In this document: in pieces, positions 1 through 13,179 of the stretch
Layout of the letters: each line of letters begins with the position of its first letter
Position numbering within the stretch: position 1 is the first letter of the stretch
Source of the DNA: Lama glama
Taxonomy: Eukaryota
Length of the DNA: 64,000 nucleotides
Direction: 5' to 3'
Assembly (NCBI GenBank): GCA_028534125.1
Contig: CM052817.1
Span: 23,934,001 to 23,998,000 of the forward strand
Notes under the pieces: model-generated
Told to the model about the DNA's origin: nothing
The model's database searches: none
Seen by the model: only the letters and a program-made list of their open reading frames with translations
Made by a program: the position numbers and the translations under genes

Positions 1-865
1 TCTGACTTGCAAATTTTAGACAATTCTTCTTAACAGTACCTAGCTAGATATGAATAACTCACCTCTTTACGCCACTTTCTTCAAAGACTCTCTCAAAAAG
101 CACTTAGAACATATTTCTTAGGTCAATAACTTTCATTCCAAAAAATGCAGCAGCATTACATGTGCAATATCATTACATAAGAAAAGACTAACTAACTATA
201 CATTACATAACAGGAAGTAAGTGAATATGAAAGTAAAAGGAAAAAGTTTAAAGGTCACATTGTCTTTACACACAGCAGATTCACATAGGTTCATTTTTCT
301 CACAAACAACATTCAAGTATTTTAAAAGTTGATGTATCACGGTGCTGTTTACATGGCTGTGTTCAGTTTGTGGAAATGAACAACGTGTGCAAATCTCTGT
401 ATGTTATGCGTCAAGAAAAAGAAAAAAGTAGAGAACGTGCATAAGGACCATGCACTGAAGTAATAAAATGAGACATACCCAAACAAGGTATATTTATCTG
501 AACAAGCACTGATGCAACATTTCTGGAAATCACATCTCAGAGTAGATCTTGGAAAGATACAACTCAGGGTCTCCCTGTGCTACACGCCACCCACCCTGAA
601 GCTCTTGCCTGCACTATTCAAAAACATCTGCCAACACTGACAAGCAAGTGTGTGAACAAGGGGAAAAGATAGTATTCAACGCAGCACTGCAGAAGCAAAG
701 TATGAGCAAGAGATGAAAGGCAGGAAATGCTTTTGTCAGTAAGGTATCCCTCCGTCATTCAAAATGACAAAATGTCAGGGGAAAAAAAAGGAGAAAGTTA
801 AACCTCAACACACACATACAACTAAATCTCAGATATACTATTCTTGTTCTACATAATTATTTTGT

Positions 866-942
866 AAAAAGAAAGAAAGAAAGAAAGAACGTAAGAAAGA
901 AAGAACGAAAGAATGAAAGAACAAAAGAAAGAAAGAAAAAAA
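866..942 (+). repeat. Imperfect (GAAA)n microsatellite
   Basis: Directly visible. Confidence 0.95.
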
Positions 943-987
943 CCCTCATTATCTAATTTTTTTGCACATCACAAAATGAAAATGATT

Positions 988-1050
988 ATCACCAGATTAG
1001 CTGGAACTCTGATTTTGGACTTCTCAGCCTCCAGAACCATGAGAAAATCT
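988..1050 (+). mobile_element. MaLR (MLT1/MST-type) LTR fragment
   Basis: 'tgattttggacttctcagcctccagaaccatgagaaaat' resembles the MaLR LTR 3' portion. Confidence 0.55.
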
Positions 1051-2814
1051 TGAACTAATGCTTTTCTCCTTCCTTCCTGCCTTTGCCACAGCTCAGGCCC
1101 TCATTATATCTCCTGCCTGAATTACTGCAGCCACCTCTGAACAAATCCGTTAGCCCAGTCTCCAAGTACTACCGGACAACTGAAAATCCAAATTTGGCCT
1201 GTCACTCCATATCCTGAACAAGACAGTCCAAAAGCTCCTCATGGTGAACCCCCGCAGTCTGGTCCCAGTCCACCAATAAAAACTAGAACAGCTACTATTA
1301 ATGTAAATGGCAATAATGCACCAGATTCCACACCTCATACATATTTCCTGCAGCGCAGTGTTCCCATGTACTGACTTCAGGCTCAGGTTTAACCTGTGCC
1401 ACATCATTGACTTTAGCTCCTTTTGTTAATTAGCATTTATTTCCCCCAGACAACAAACTGTTAAATATTTTGCATATGCTGTATCTGCTGGCAAATCTAC
1501 ACATTTTGCAAAATCCTATGCACTATTTAAAATTATGAATAGGTAGGTATGACTTCTCTGAAGGCTTCCTATCAAACCCTTAAAACAGAATGGATCACTC
1601 CTTTCTCCAAATACATCTAAAGCTAGGATTCTAGAAATCTGCAAAGGGCTTGGGACATGTTTATGAGATAGGAGATCGGCCAGTAGGGACGGTAGAAGCA
1701 GTTGGGAGGCCCATTCTGTTCATTTTTTTCTGGTGTGTGTGTGCATATGTGAGCCTTTGTGTTTTAACACAGAAGCCCTTTCCTTCCATTACACATAAAC
1801 CTCCAGAGCGGCTGACTCAAGGATGGATATACCAAATGTTCTGACCAAGCCACCTCTTTTCACTATCAGTAAACATGCTAATGAACCAGATTCCTTTTCA
1901 TGACCCAGAAAGGCTCCATCCCACGGGCCCTACAAGCCCTACAACCCTCTCTGCGCTTTCATGTTGGCTCCATCTCCAGACTTTTTAACCATCTGACCGT
2001 CCATGAGTGTTCACAGATCCACTTCCTTAGAGGCTTCTGGCCCCAAGTCCATCATCAGACGCAAAGAGATGGGGATGCCCAACTCTATACAAGTCTCCAG
2101 GTGCAAACTCAACATGAAATCGAAGCCCTCCACGTTCTGACCTCCACTTGGGCACCTGGTGCACACGCCGTGCTCTAGGTTAGTGGCTCTCTGGGCACCG
2201 GTCAGTGGTCGGACTGTTCAGCAGCAGCTGCTGAGAGCAGATGCAGGAATCTGCTTTTGTAACGTACTCCAAAGAAGACTGGGATATGCAACAAAATTCA
2301 GTAATTACAGTTGTAAATTCCTCACACTTCCCACAGACGCTTTATGCCATCCCACCTCAGCCTAAGGCCACCACTCTCCGCCCTCAGGAGGGATGCACTT
2401 CCCAACACAGCGCCCACAAGCCTGGAGTCAGACTCAGACCCTACGTCCTCCACTTTCCAGCAGGGTGAACCCAGGCACACGTCCATGTGTCTGTTTCCCT
2501 ACCCACAAAACAGAAACGCTCACAGGTCCTCAGTGCTGGTGAAGATTCACAGAGATAATCCATCCTAAGTGTTAAAATGGTGCTTAGTCCATGGTGAAGG
2601 CTTAGGATATGTTCATTTCCATCATTATAATTATTTATTTTCATCACTAAGTCATTATCTTCCCACAACTGCAATCTTTCCTAGTCTTGACGCCTAACTC
2701 AAATGCTGTTTCCCTTACAAGCTCCCTACAGGACAAGAAATAAACTCTCTTCTCTGCATTCCTACAGCATTTAATCACAGTCTACTCATTCCAGAGTCAC
2801 CTACAGAAGTGGGA

Positions 2815-3005
2815 CAGTGCAACGTAAAAGCTGAGATTTTGAAGCCAACACCATGGGTCAAATCCCAGGATGTAACCTTTCTGTGCCTCAGTTTCCTCAT
2901 CAGGAAAGCAGGAGTGATAACAGTACCTACGTCACAGGACTGTTGTAACACATTTAGAGCACCAACTGCACACAACAAATGTTAAATAAATATCTGCCAT
3001 TATAA
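2815..3005 (+). mobile_element. MIR SINE remnant
   Basis: MIR core 'ctgtgcctcagtttcctcatc...gataacagtacctac'. Confidence 0.75.
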
Positions 3006-3309
3006 TTATTTTGATTATCCCACAATAAAATAATAAATCTGCCAAGATGATGACCAGCCCACATAAGCTGCCCAATTACTGCCAGTCAAATTACTCGTTT
3101 GGAAACATCATATGTGACGTATATGCAGTGCATGTTTAGAGAAGGTACAAACAGCTGGCCTGGCAGACGTGAATGTGCATCTGCCTGTGCTATCCTGACC
3201 CATTTCTAAGAGAAAGTAAAAGTAGAAGGGAAGAAGCATTTAGGAGCACCTGCTACCTGCCTGGTTTTCGATATCACTTAATAACCATAGTCTTATTATC
3301 TTATGGAGC

Positions 3310-3915
3310 TCTACCTTGAAAGCACCACCAGCTGCTTCTCACCACCTCTCCTGCTCACATCCAAGTCCAGGCCACCATCTCATCTATTTTAGATCTCTGT
3401 AACAGCCTCCTGACTGATATCCTTGCTTCTGTCCTGGCCCGCTGCCCCCACAAGCAGTATATTTCCGATAGAGCAGCAAGAATGATTCATTTCATAATAG
3501 AAGTCACACCACATCACTCCTTGCAACTTCTCAACTGCATTTTCCCTGGCTTTCCCCACCCCCATCACTCAGTCAGCACCAAGCTGGCCTATCTACCTCA
3601 GGACCTGACCTCCCACACTTCCATCTCCTTCGTCAACATATACCCGTGGCTAACAGCTCACTCCATCACTTAGTAGGTCTCTGCTACAATGTGTCCTCTT
3701 CAGAGGGGCCTTCCCTCATGGTGCTATGCAGATAAGCATGCCTTGTGCCTCATTCCTCCCCACCCTCACTTCTTCTGTCTTCATGGCATGTTACTACCTG
3801 GTATCTGTGAACTTTTACAAGAGGGCAGGGATCCTGTCTCCTGTTCACTGCTCTAGGCCTTGAGTTAGGACACTCTCGGGCATATAAAAGATGCTCAGTA
3901 AATGCTTGCTGAATG
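3310..3915 (+). mobile_element. L2 LINE 3' remnant
   Basis: Ends in 'gagggcagggatcctgtctcctgttcactgct...atgctcagtaaatgcttgctgaatga', typical of the L2 3' end. Confidence 0.7.
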
Positions 3916-5357
3916 ACTGGCACAAAAACAGACACATAGGTCAAAGGAAAGGAACAGAGCGCCCAGAAGTAAACCCATGCACTGTGGTCAATCTATGACA
4001 AAGGAGATAAGAATTTACAGTGGAGAAATGATACTTTCTTCTTTAATAAGTGGTGCTGGGAAAACTGGACAGCCACAGTAAATCAATGAAATGAGAACAT
4101 TTTCCCACACCATTTACAAAAATAAGCTCAAAATAGATGTAAGACCTAAACATAAAACCAGAAACCATAAGATTCTTGAAAATAACATAAGCAGAACACT
4201 CTTTGACATAAACTGTAGCAATATTTTTTTTGGATCTGTCTCCTAAGGCAAATGAAACAAAAGCAAAATTAAACAAACAGGACTACATCAAACTTAATTA
4301 ACCTTTTGCACAGCAAAGAAAACCATCCACAAAAAAAAAAAAACCTATTGAATGGGAGAAAATATTTGCAAATGATATGATCGATAAGGGATTAATAGTC
4401 AAAATATATAAATAGGTCATACACTCAATATCAAAAAGCCAATGACTCAGTCAAAAAATGAGTAGAAGACCTGAATAGGCATTTTACCAAAGAAGGCATA
4501 CAGGATGGCCAACAGGCACGTGAAAAGATGCTCAACATCACTAATCATCAGAGAAATGCAAATTGAAACCACAATGAGACATCACCTCACACCTGTCAGA
4601 ATGGCTATCATCAAAAAGAACCCAGATAACAAATGTTGGTGAAGATGTAGAGAAAAGGGAACCTGTGTGCACTGTTGGCAGGAATGTAAATTGGTGCAGT
4701 CACTGTGGAGAACAGTATGGTGGTTTCTCAAAAAAACTAAAAACAAAACTACCATATGATCCAGCAATTTCACTCCTGGGCATATATCCAGTAAAAATAA
4801 AAACACTAATTCAAAAAGATATAAGCACCCAAATGTTCATAGCAGCATTATTCACAATAGCCAAGATATGGAAGCAACCTAAGTGTCCACTAACAAATGA
4901 ACAGACAAAAAAGATGTGATATACATACACATGGAATATTGCTCAGCCATAAAAAAGAATGAAATTCTGCCATTTGCAGCAACATGGATGAAGCCAGAGG
5001 GTATCATGCTTAGAGAAATAAGTCAGGCAGAGAAAGAAAAATACTCTGTTATCACTTATATTAGGAATCTAAAAAATGAATATAACAAAACAGAAACAGA
5101 CCCATGGATATAGAGAACAAACTAGTAGTTACCAATGGAGAGAGGGAAGGAAAGAGGGGCAAGACAGGGAAGGAGATTAAGAACTACAAACTCTTATGTA
5201 TAAAATAAGCAGGAAGGATACAGTGTACCACACAGGCAAGTATAGCCATTATTCTGTAATAACTTTAAATGGAATATAACCTATAAAATACTGAATCACT
5301 ATATTGTATACCTGAAACTAATATAATATTGTAAATCAACTTTAATTAAAAAAAAAA
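3916..5357 (+). mobile_element. 5'-truncated L1 (ORF2 C-terminal remnant, 3'UTR, poly-A), antisense to the inferred ARAP2 intron
   Basis: Decayed ORF2 peptides ([58 protein letters not shown]) with an in-frame stop and a frameshift. A-tail at 5348-5357. Confidence 0.92.
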
Positions 5358-7429
5358 TACGAGTTGGGACAGCCTTCCTCCTCCTAATGCCTCAAGTTAA
5401 AAAAACAAAAAAAAACAAACAAAAAAACACCCATCCTCCACCCATTACTAGCAGAACTCTGTCTTACTCGCTAGTTGAACTAGGAAAGAAAACAACCGAA
5501 AACCTGGAGTAACTTCATTAAACCATAAGGTTATTAATTATTCAGTGCAGGCAACTTCTGGAATCACCTTTGCTTGATTTTAATATCTTATGGGAGGGAA
5601 AAGTAGCATAGTACAATTGAACTCACTCGCAAGTCTAACCCATTTTTTTTTTAAAGCACACCACTTTAAAATCAGAAACATAATAACCTTAGAGTTTTTA
5701 GAAACCTGCGAATGTGTCGAAATAATAGGCTTAACAATCACAGGATCACAGGACTGAAAGGAACCTTAGACAAGTATGTACCAAATAGAAAGAAGTTAGG
5801 CTGCACATGAGGAGTGAAGCTTTTCAATGTTATCAGTACAAGTCTTACAGACTCTAACAAGGAAAATTTATTGTGTTCCAGAACAGGAGCCCCCCAACTG
5901 AGTGGATCTCCTAGGGGGAAATCCAGAAATGTGTGAGAAACTGCTTTTGCTGGTCATAATGACTGAGTGGCACCATTATAACATCCTACAGTGTCACCCA
6001 AAGTAGAAACCTCAGGTACAATTTTTATCCCTCCAAATCTCTACAACTAATCCGCTATCCCCATAGGACACCTGGCACTATAGGTGACTAAAAGAAGTGT
6101 CCTCGACTTCACGTTACTAATGTGGAGAAATAGCTCATCTCTTAAAAACTCGGAGAGCTCCATATAAATGACATGCCAAACTAGTTAGTTTAGGCTGCAG
6201 GTCTTAGAGAATTCCACCTTTGCTTCAGTACAGAATAGTCACGAGAAATCGGTATCACTGTATTTGCATATCAAACAAACTTGCTGTTAAACACCAAGAT
6301 ATTAACTCCACACATTCATGAAGACAAACAGTTTCACTTTGCACCCCACAACCATGCAGAAGAGGAAGTGGTTTTGAGAAAACATGCTTGTTGTCACAAT
6401 AGCCCATCCCATAGGGTAGAGCAGACTACTGAAGGTCAGAGGTCAAGAACCCTACTGCCCCAGAACGGGGTGATCAATTGGTAATTTAGCACCTCTCTCC
6501 TCTACCATCAGTCACCTACCTTAGCTTGTGGCAACACTCCCCCCATCAAACCCCACACAGGAAGCCCAGTTCCCTCAACCTGGCCATCTCCCAGAGCCAC
6601 GGTCACCCACAGGCTCTGCCCTCCTCTCCCCCACGCCCTCCACCTTGGCCACTCTCTCTCCCACCCATCAAAACACATCCGTCCTTTCTCATGCACCCTC
6701 AGACTTATATTGCTAATAGTAATAGCCTATATTTGCAAAGTGTTCACAAACCATCTGTGTAGGATCTCATTTAATCCTCACAGCTGTCTCGGGAGGGAAG
6801 CAAGCCCCATGCCCAAAGTCACACAGCAGATAAACAGTGGATAAATTCCATAATTCTAAGAGTAGGACTCCGCAGTTGGTGCTGTTAACTGTGACGCCTC
6901 CTACTAGCTACCCAACTGCTTTAACAGTAGAAGGACATCAAGGGTCTCACACTCTCCCTCTCATTTGACTGCCGAGCTGGGCACAAGCACTTCGAGTCAC
7001 TAGGGAAATGCTGCTTAAGTATCCTGTGCCTTGCCAACTAGAGTCTACAAACCTTTTCAGTCTGTGAGTCTATGTGTCCACGCATGTTGGTAAATTCGGA
7101 AGCCTACAGTCATTTACATTTATTTGCTTGAGATTTAAGAGCCAATGATAAATTAAAGGAGAACATTAGTGAAATTCCTGTATAAAGAATGGTAATACAG
7201 AATTTAGTTTCTTAAAACAACTGATATACTACAACAGTATGAAACCAGAGTCATATACGATGAAAGTATTTATTGCCCACCAGAGCAGTCAACGGTGATG
7301 GTTTAAAGCAAACAAACAAACAAAAACACAGCTTGATTAGAATAGACGATATTGATGTATTGCTTCAAAAGGTACTTGATCATGGTCTTAAAGGTTTAAG
7401 TTTAAATGTGACACAAAAGGAAACAGAGT

Positions 7430-7865
7430 AACAGCAACCCAAATGTTCACTGATGAATGAAGGGATTAAAAAAGGTAATATATTCACAAAACTGACTACC
7501 ATGCAGCCTTCAAAAGGAAGGACTTACTGTAATATGCTGCAACAGGGATGAACCTTGAGGACATTATGCTAAATGAAATGAGCCACTCACAAAAGAGCAA
7601 ATACTGTCTGACTCTGCTTACATGAGCTATCTAAAGTCATCAAATTCACAGAAATAGAACATAGGATGATGGTTGTGAGGGGCAGGGGACAGGGAATAGA
7701 GAGACAGGGGACAGTTATTTAACCGGTATAGAATTTCAGTTCTGCAAGACGAAAAAGTTCTGGAGATCTGTTTCACAACAATGTAAATACACTCAACACC
7801 ACCGAACTGTACACTTAAAAATAGTAAAGGCAGCAAGTTTATGCTATGTGCATTTTTCCTGCACT
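7430..7865 (+). mobile_element. Old L1M (L1MA/MB-type) 3' end fragment
   Basis: 'gatgaaccttgaggacattatgctaaatgaaatgagcc...gaactgtacacttaaaaatag' matches an L1M 3'UTR. Confidence 0.8.
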
Positions 7866-8039
7866 AAGGAGGAGACAGGATAGACTAGAAGATTTGGGCT
7901 GGCTTTTAGGCTTTTATTAGAACTGAATTCCGTAATATACCTGAACTTTTTCTCTCCTTGAGGGGCCAATTCCAGTCCTACAGATGTCTACCACCACATC
8001 CCTGAGTCTTCCCCTCTTCCACACCTCATTACTTCCTAC

Positions 8040-8790
8040 CCAGGCAGCAGTACACAAAGCACAGTGCTCTAGAGCCAGGCTGCCTGAATTCCAACCCATC
8101 CTTTCCCACCTGTTCACTGTGTACCTGATGTTAACTTCCCTGAAGCTCAGTTTCCAACTCTGTAAAATGAGGATAACATATCTGATAAGATTTCTGTTCG
8201 AATTAAACAAGTAAAATATATAAGGTATTTAGAATGCCTACCTCACAGGACTGTTTGGAGGATGAAATGAATAAATATGCATGTACCCGACATGAACTGA
8301 AGTGTAAAAAAACACTTGCTGATTATTAATTCGTCTGTTGCATACAATGTTGTACTTGGTCCCATTCATACTGTATTACTGCACTTGGTGTGACTGGCAT
8401 TCTCCTGACTGCCTAATAAAATTACATTCCTTTAAACAGGCGATGTAAATTATTCTTCTCATAAACCTACAAAGCAAACGCAGCAGTAAACATAGTTTTA
8501 GCAGCTTAGTAAAATGTAGATGTGGTTAGAGTAGCAAGAATGATTTTTTACCTGAAGACTTTAGACCTGGGACACAGCACAGTGAGTACCAGTCATCCCA
8601 GCTCTGCTGCGTTGTACCTGCATAAACCTGGGAGAGTTCTTTCATTTTTCTGAGCTGCACCACTGCCATCCGTAAGCAGTGATGGCAAGAATGCCTACCT
8701 CACAGGACTGTTTAGAAGAAGAAATGAGTAAATATGCATAAAGATCTTAGTTCTTGGCAAGCAATAAGCATTTAATTAATGTCTGCTGGA
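8040..8790 (+). mobile_element. Two MIR remnants (~8040-8330 and ~8570-8790)
   Basis: MIR cores 'ctcagtttccaactctgtaaaatgaggataac' and 'cctacctcacaggactgttt...gaaatgagtaaatatgcataaag'. Confidence 0.7.
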
Positions 8791-11789
8791 TGAAGAATAA
8801 CGGAAGTTTGAGCTGAAAATAGACAGGCTCTGGGCAAAAGCATTCCACCCCTCGGATCAAGGAGAGAAGATCATTCTAAGTTATGTTTTGATTATTTTAC
8901 TTGCTGTGCAATCTGAAAAACACAATTCTTTCAAAATCTAGAACTTGCTATCCATCTCCAGGTCCAGTGAAGGCCAGTAGTGATCATTCCTTTACTATTA
9001 TGAGAAGTTATTACTAGTGTTACAGCTGGGTTAGGTGTCTTGGATGGCACCCCAACAGTTATGTGGCTTGAAAATCACCTTAGCTTCCGTTAGTCTTTTC
9101 TCTTTCAAACTGTCCATCCAGATTTTAAGTTAACTGGCTTATGTTTGGGACTCATTTTCAGTTCTAATTCAGAGACCTTTCAAGTGGAGCCATAATTCTT
9201 GGGCAACCAGAGAAAGATTTCATCTTCCCGGATTCCTACAAGAGCAGGAGTGGGGATAATGAAATGGCATCATAAGCCACAGCCTGCATCACCTGGGGGA
9301 CTCCTGCTGGGGAGCCCCTAAAACCTGGGCGGCTGCTTCTGCTCCCTCCCTCTGGGCCAGCCCCCTCCTAGTCCTCCCCACCATTTAGCCACATCTGTAT
9401 TCTGACAGCTGAAAAGAAAACCAGGCCCTTTAGAATTCTTGATACAATAGAATTCTGTTCCATTTCATGCTACACTGAACAGTTTTAATGTTTAATTGAC
9501 TGAGGTCAAAATTAGCACGATACTACACTTCAACAATAAGATTTTAAAATGTACACTTATGTGCATTTATATATATCTATCAATTTTAAATTTTTAATAC
9601 AAATGTATACTCCACTATTTCTTTGACTTTGAGTCACATTTTCAGACTGACAACCAGATATTTCAAAATAGCCCACTGTGAATGGTTTCCTCTCTCTGCA
9701 TTTATAAATAGCACCCTGACCTCTTTTCCAACTGAATTTGAGGGCTTATTCCTATTGGTTCTGTAATCATTAAAGTCTCCTTTCCTTAGATGGAGGGTAT
9801 CTCAGCAAATGTCTCCCAACTTATTGACTCATTTATTTACATTTATTCATTTAATAAATATTTAAGGACCACTAACTACTCTCCCCACGATAACACTGAG
9901 AAATATTTGCAAGTCAAGATAACACCTATTATCTTATTTGAGAACAGTGCTAACTGCTATAAAGAAAGTGAACATGCAATGTCCTCTCTCTGAGTTTAAA
10001 ATCTAAAGGGGCAGGTTAGACATGACTTTAAGCAAGGGACAATGACATGCATATGGTCAGTTCTTCACTAGTCAGTAAGTGCCAGTAAAGAGGAATACCA
10101 AAGCTGGAAGACTCAAATGTACCCAATAAAAGCACTTAAAGAGTAATGATGAGACAAACCAAGTTTTGTGACCTTGACTTTCACATAATTCACACTTGAA
10201 GTACTGTTTTACACTTACTCACATAGAGAAGTAGCACCATCATCTTTCATGAGTGCCAAGGAACTCTTAAGTATCTCCAATCAACTCCATGAATATAAGT
10301 GAAACATGCAGAAATTGAGACCTCTGAGGATGGAGAGAGCGGTGAAGGAGTGTGGAGGGGAGTTTCACGATGTATAGGAAGGAATGCAGCAAGCACTGAC
10401 AGCTGCACCTAAAGTCGAAGGAATGCCACTCAGGGGGCAATGAGGAAGAAGACGTCTCCAGGCAATCAAGGAGATGAGAAGAGCTGGGATGGACCTAGGG
10501 CTCAATGGGTAACGAAAGGTGATGACAGAAAAGGAAGCTGGAATTGGCTATGGAGGGGCCAGGCAAAGGATTCTGAACTTAAGATACTCTCATCAGACGC
10601 TATGCTAGTGTCTTAGCAACTACTCACACCATGACCACCCCCAGGAGCCCATCACCCGATAAACAGCATGGAGACAGGGAGATCACATTTCTCTTGTACT
10701 TTCCCCTGATCACCTCTCCAACTCCAAACTGATTGAACCATTCTCTCCTCTTCCTAAAGCTACGTGATGGAACCAGAAGTCTTTTTTTGTTTTTGCATTC
10801 TACTTTGTGAGAACCATGTGGGAAGATACACAGTCTTCTGAGTCCTTCCCTGAGCTGCCCAGCCCCCTTGTGCACAAATGATATAAGGCAGAAAAATAAT
10901 TCTCCCCACTCTTCACTAGTAGTTGTTACCCTGAAGTTGCTCAAAATGACTACTCCACCCCAGTCAGGGCTCCTCTGTTCCCTCCATAGGCTGGGTAAGG
11001 AAGTAAATTATGCTGAATCAAAACTTCAACAAAATATCACAGGTCAAATTTCTAACTAGCAAGGATCATATAAAGAAAGTACCATCAACTATTATCTCAA
11101 TTAAGGAAATAAGTAGGCAAAATGGTGCCACTACAATATGAATTTAGTCTGACTTATAATACTTAAACTTAAAATGATAAACTACAGTGGTCCAGGCCTT
11201 CACAGAAAAGATTAAGAAGACATCTTATAGCCTCTAATCTCTCATCAGTCACATTTGGTCTAAGCTAAGAATTATTTCCAACATTAAGAAGAAATTCTTA
11301 ACTTAATTTTACAGAAAACTCCAGAAATCCCTCATTTTAGAAAGTACAAAGATTGGACTCAATGAGTCAACAAGTGAAGGTGGGAAAAAACTTGTTAAAA
11401 GAAAACTTGTTAAAAGAACCACTTGTTAAAAGCAATGGCTGTCATTTAGAGGTAGCATTTTTATATTATCTTTCACCAGCCTTTCCCAAAGTTGCAAGGA
11501 GGTGGGGTAGAAAGTAACAAAACAAAAATAAATAATTTCTTGAATACCATGAAGTTTATAACCCAGAGTCCTAAGAGAATTTTAAAATTTTTACAGTCTT
11601 ATGGCACTAATGTTAAGAGTTTCCAAAAATATTGCAATTCTTTATAATCTGAGCCCTATACTTAACCACAGTAACTAAGTAGTTGAATTGTAAAGTACTC
11701 ATTGAGTATCTATGAGCCTCACACTGCTAGAAACTTGTAGTGAAATTAGATGATTAAGAATTTGTATAAAAAAAAAAGAATTTGTTTTT

Positions 11790-11990
11790 AGAAGCAGACT
11801 CACAGATACAGAGAACTAGTGGTTACGAGTGGGATGGGGAAGGGGCAATATATCGGTAAGGGGTGTGAAAAGACTCGTGGGATTATATGAAATCATATGT
11901 GTGAAAATTTGAAAATTGTAAACCACTAGAATTTAATAAATCTTTCATTCAATTTTTTTCATATTCAAAAGACACAGGAAAAATGAAAAA
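11790..11990 (+). mobile_element. Short L1 3'UTR fragment
   Basis: 'gaagcagactcacagatacagagaactagtggttac' is shared with the L1 3'UTRs at ~5090 and ~47300. Confidence 0.65.
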
Positions 11991-13179
11991 ATATATATAT
12001 GCTTGTTTTTAAATGTACCCTCACCTTCTCCTTCCATGGACAATCCATATAAAATCTGACAGGCTTCCAGAGGAAGGAAAAACTACAAACACATGCACGC
12101 CCACATAAATAAGTTTTAACGAGTCATTTGACTTTCCCTCTAGGTACATTTCCATTTAAATAAATCTGACGGTACTGACAAGTCAAGTCTATATAAAACA
12201 CCCTTGGGTTAAGACCCACCTTAAGTGTTTATGTATTAAATATATGTTTGAAAAGGAGCCAGGGAGATATTTCCACTTGAGGCTCTAGCCTAGTTCCATG
12301 ACCCATTTTACTTTTTCCTTTTTTTTAAACATTGCTAAATAGTGGAATGTCATGAGAATTTCCCCCTCAGTATTTCTCTATAAGTGCATTAAAGTTACAA
12401 CTAAGAGTTTAAAAGTATTTGTCTTTTTTTCCCCCTTAAAAAGTTAGCTTCCTTTTTAAAACAGCCATAATTTCATCTTCCAATTACTTTCGGGCAATGT
12501 TCCATAAACTAGCGCTTAAGTGCGGGAGAAATCAATACTGAGCTTGTAAGTACAACACTATTATTGGTAATCACAATGACATCCGATTAAATGTACTCTT
12601 AAAAATAGCTTATTTTTCAATACATTTTTCTTAACTAAAAGGATATAAGCCTACTTCAAGGACAACCTTGCACAAAGAAAAATATGTTATTATCACCATA
12701 CAAACGTTCAAAAGTCGAAAATGTCATTATTCCACACAAACTAGTTTCTAATTTCCCTCTAATTATCAAAGGTTATATAGTTCACAATATAATTTCACGA
12801 TGCCTTCCCCCAAATCAAAATTACCCCAGATCGCCGCAAGGAGGTGAGGGAAACGTTTAAGAAAACAAGCCAGGATGAACTTACTTTACTTAATGAGATG
12901 GGTATCCTTTCTCCCTGGAGACCTGTCTCCAAAAGATCAATCTGGTAAACTCACTGTCGACAGGTCCAGGAGTATGAAGTTGGGTTCCAGCAGGCGGAGG
13001 CCAAATGATTGTAATTAAAGTTAATTAACAGGCCTGCCGTCTCAAAGTGCATAACGAGCAGGGTGCGGGGGAGAACAGAAACCCCAGCAAACTCATTATC
13101 ACTACAGAATAAATAACTTGGTGCCTGAAACTCCCCAAAGGGCAGCTCCTTTTCCAGGAGGAGAGTCTAGTTGTCTACC

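Noticed and set aside
4043..5113. ORFs with protein-like sequence
   Set aside because: Fragments of a broken L1 ORF2 and its antisense, not host genes.
10425..10440. CTCF-like motif gccactcagggggcaa
   Set aside because: Spacing between CCAC and AG differs from the consensus; not supportable without a PWM scan or ChIP data.
12910..12932. Short inverted repeat TGGAGAC-CT-GTCTCCA
   Set aside because: A 7-bp stem is expected by chance in 64 kb; no miRNA-length hairpin.
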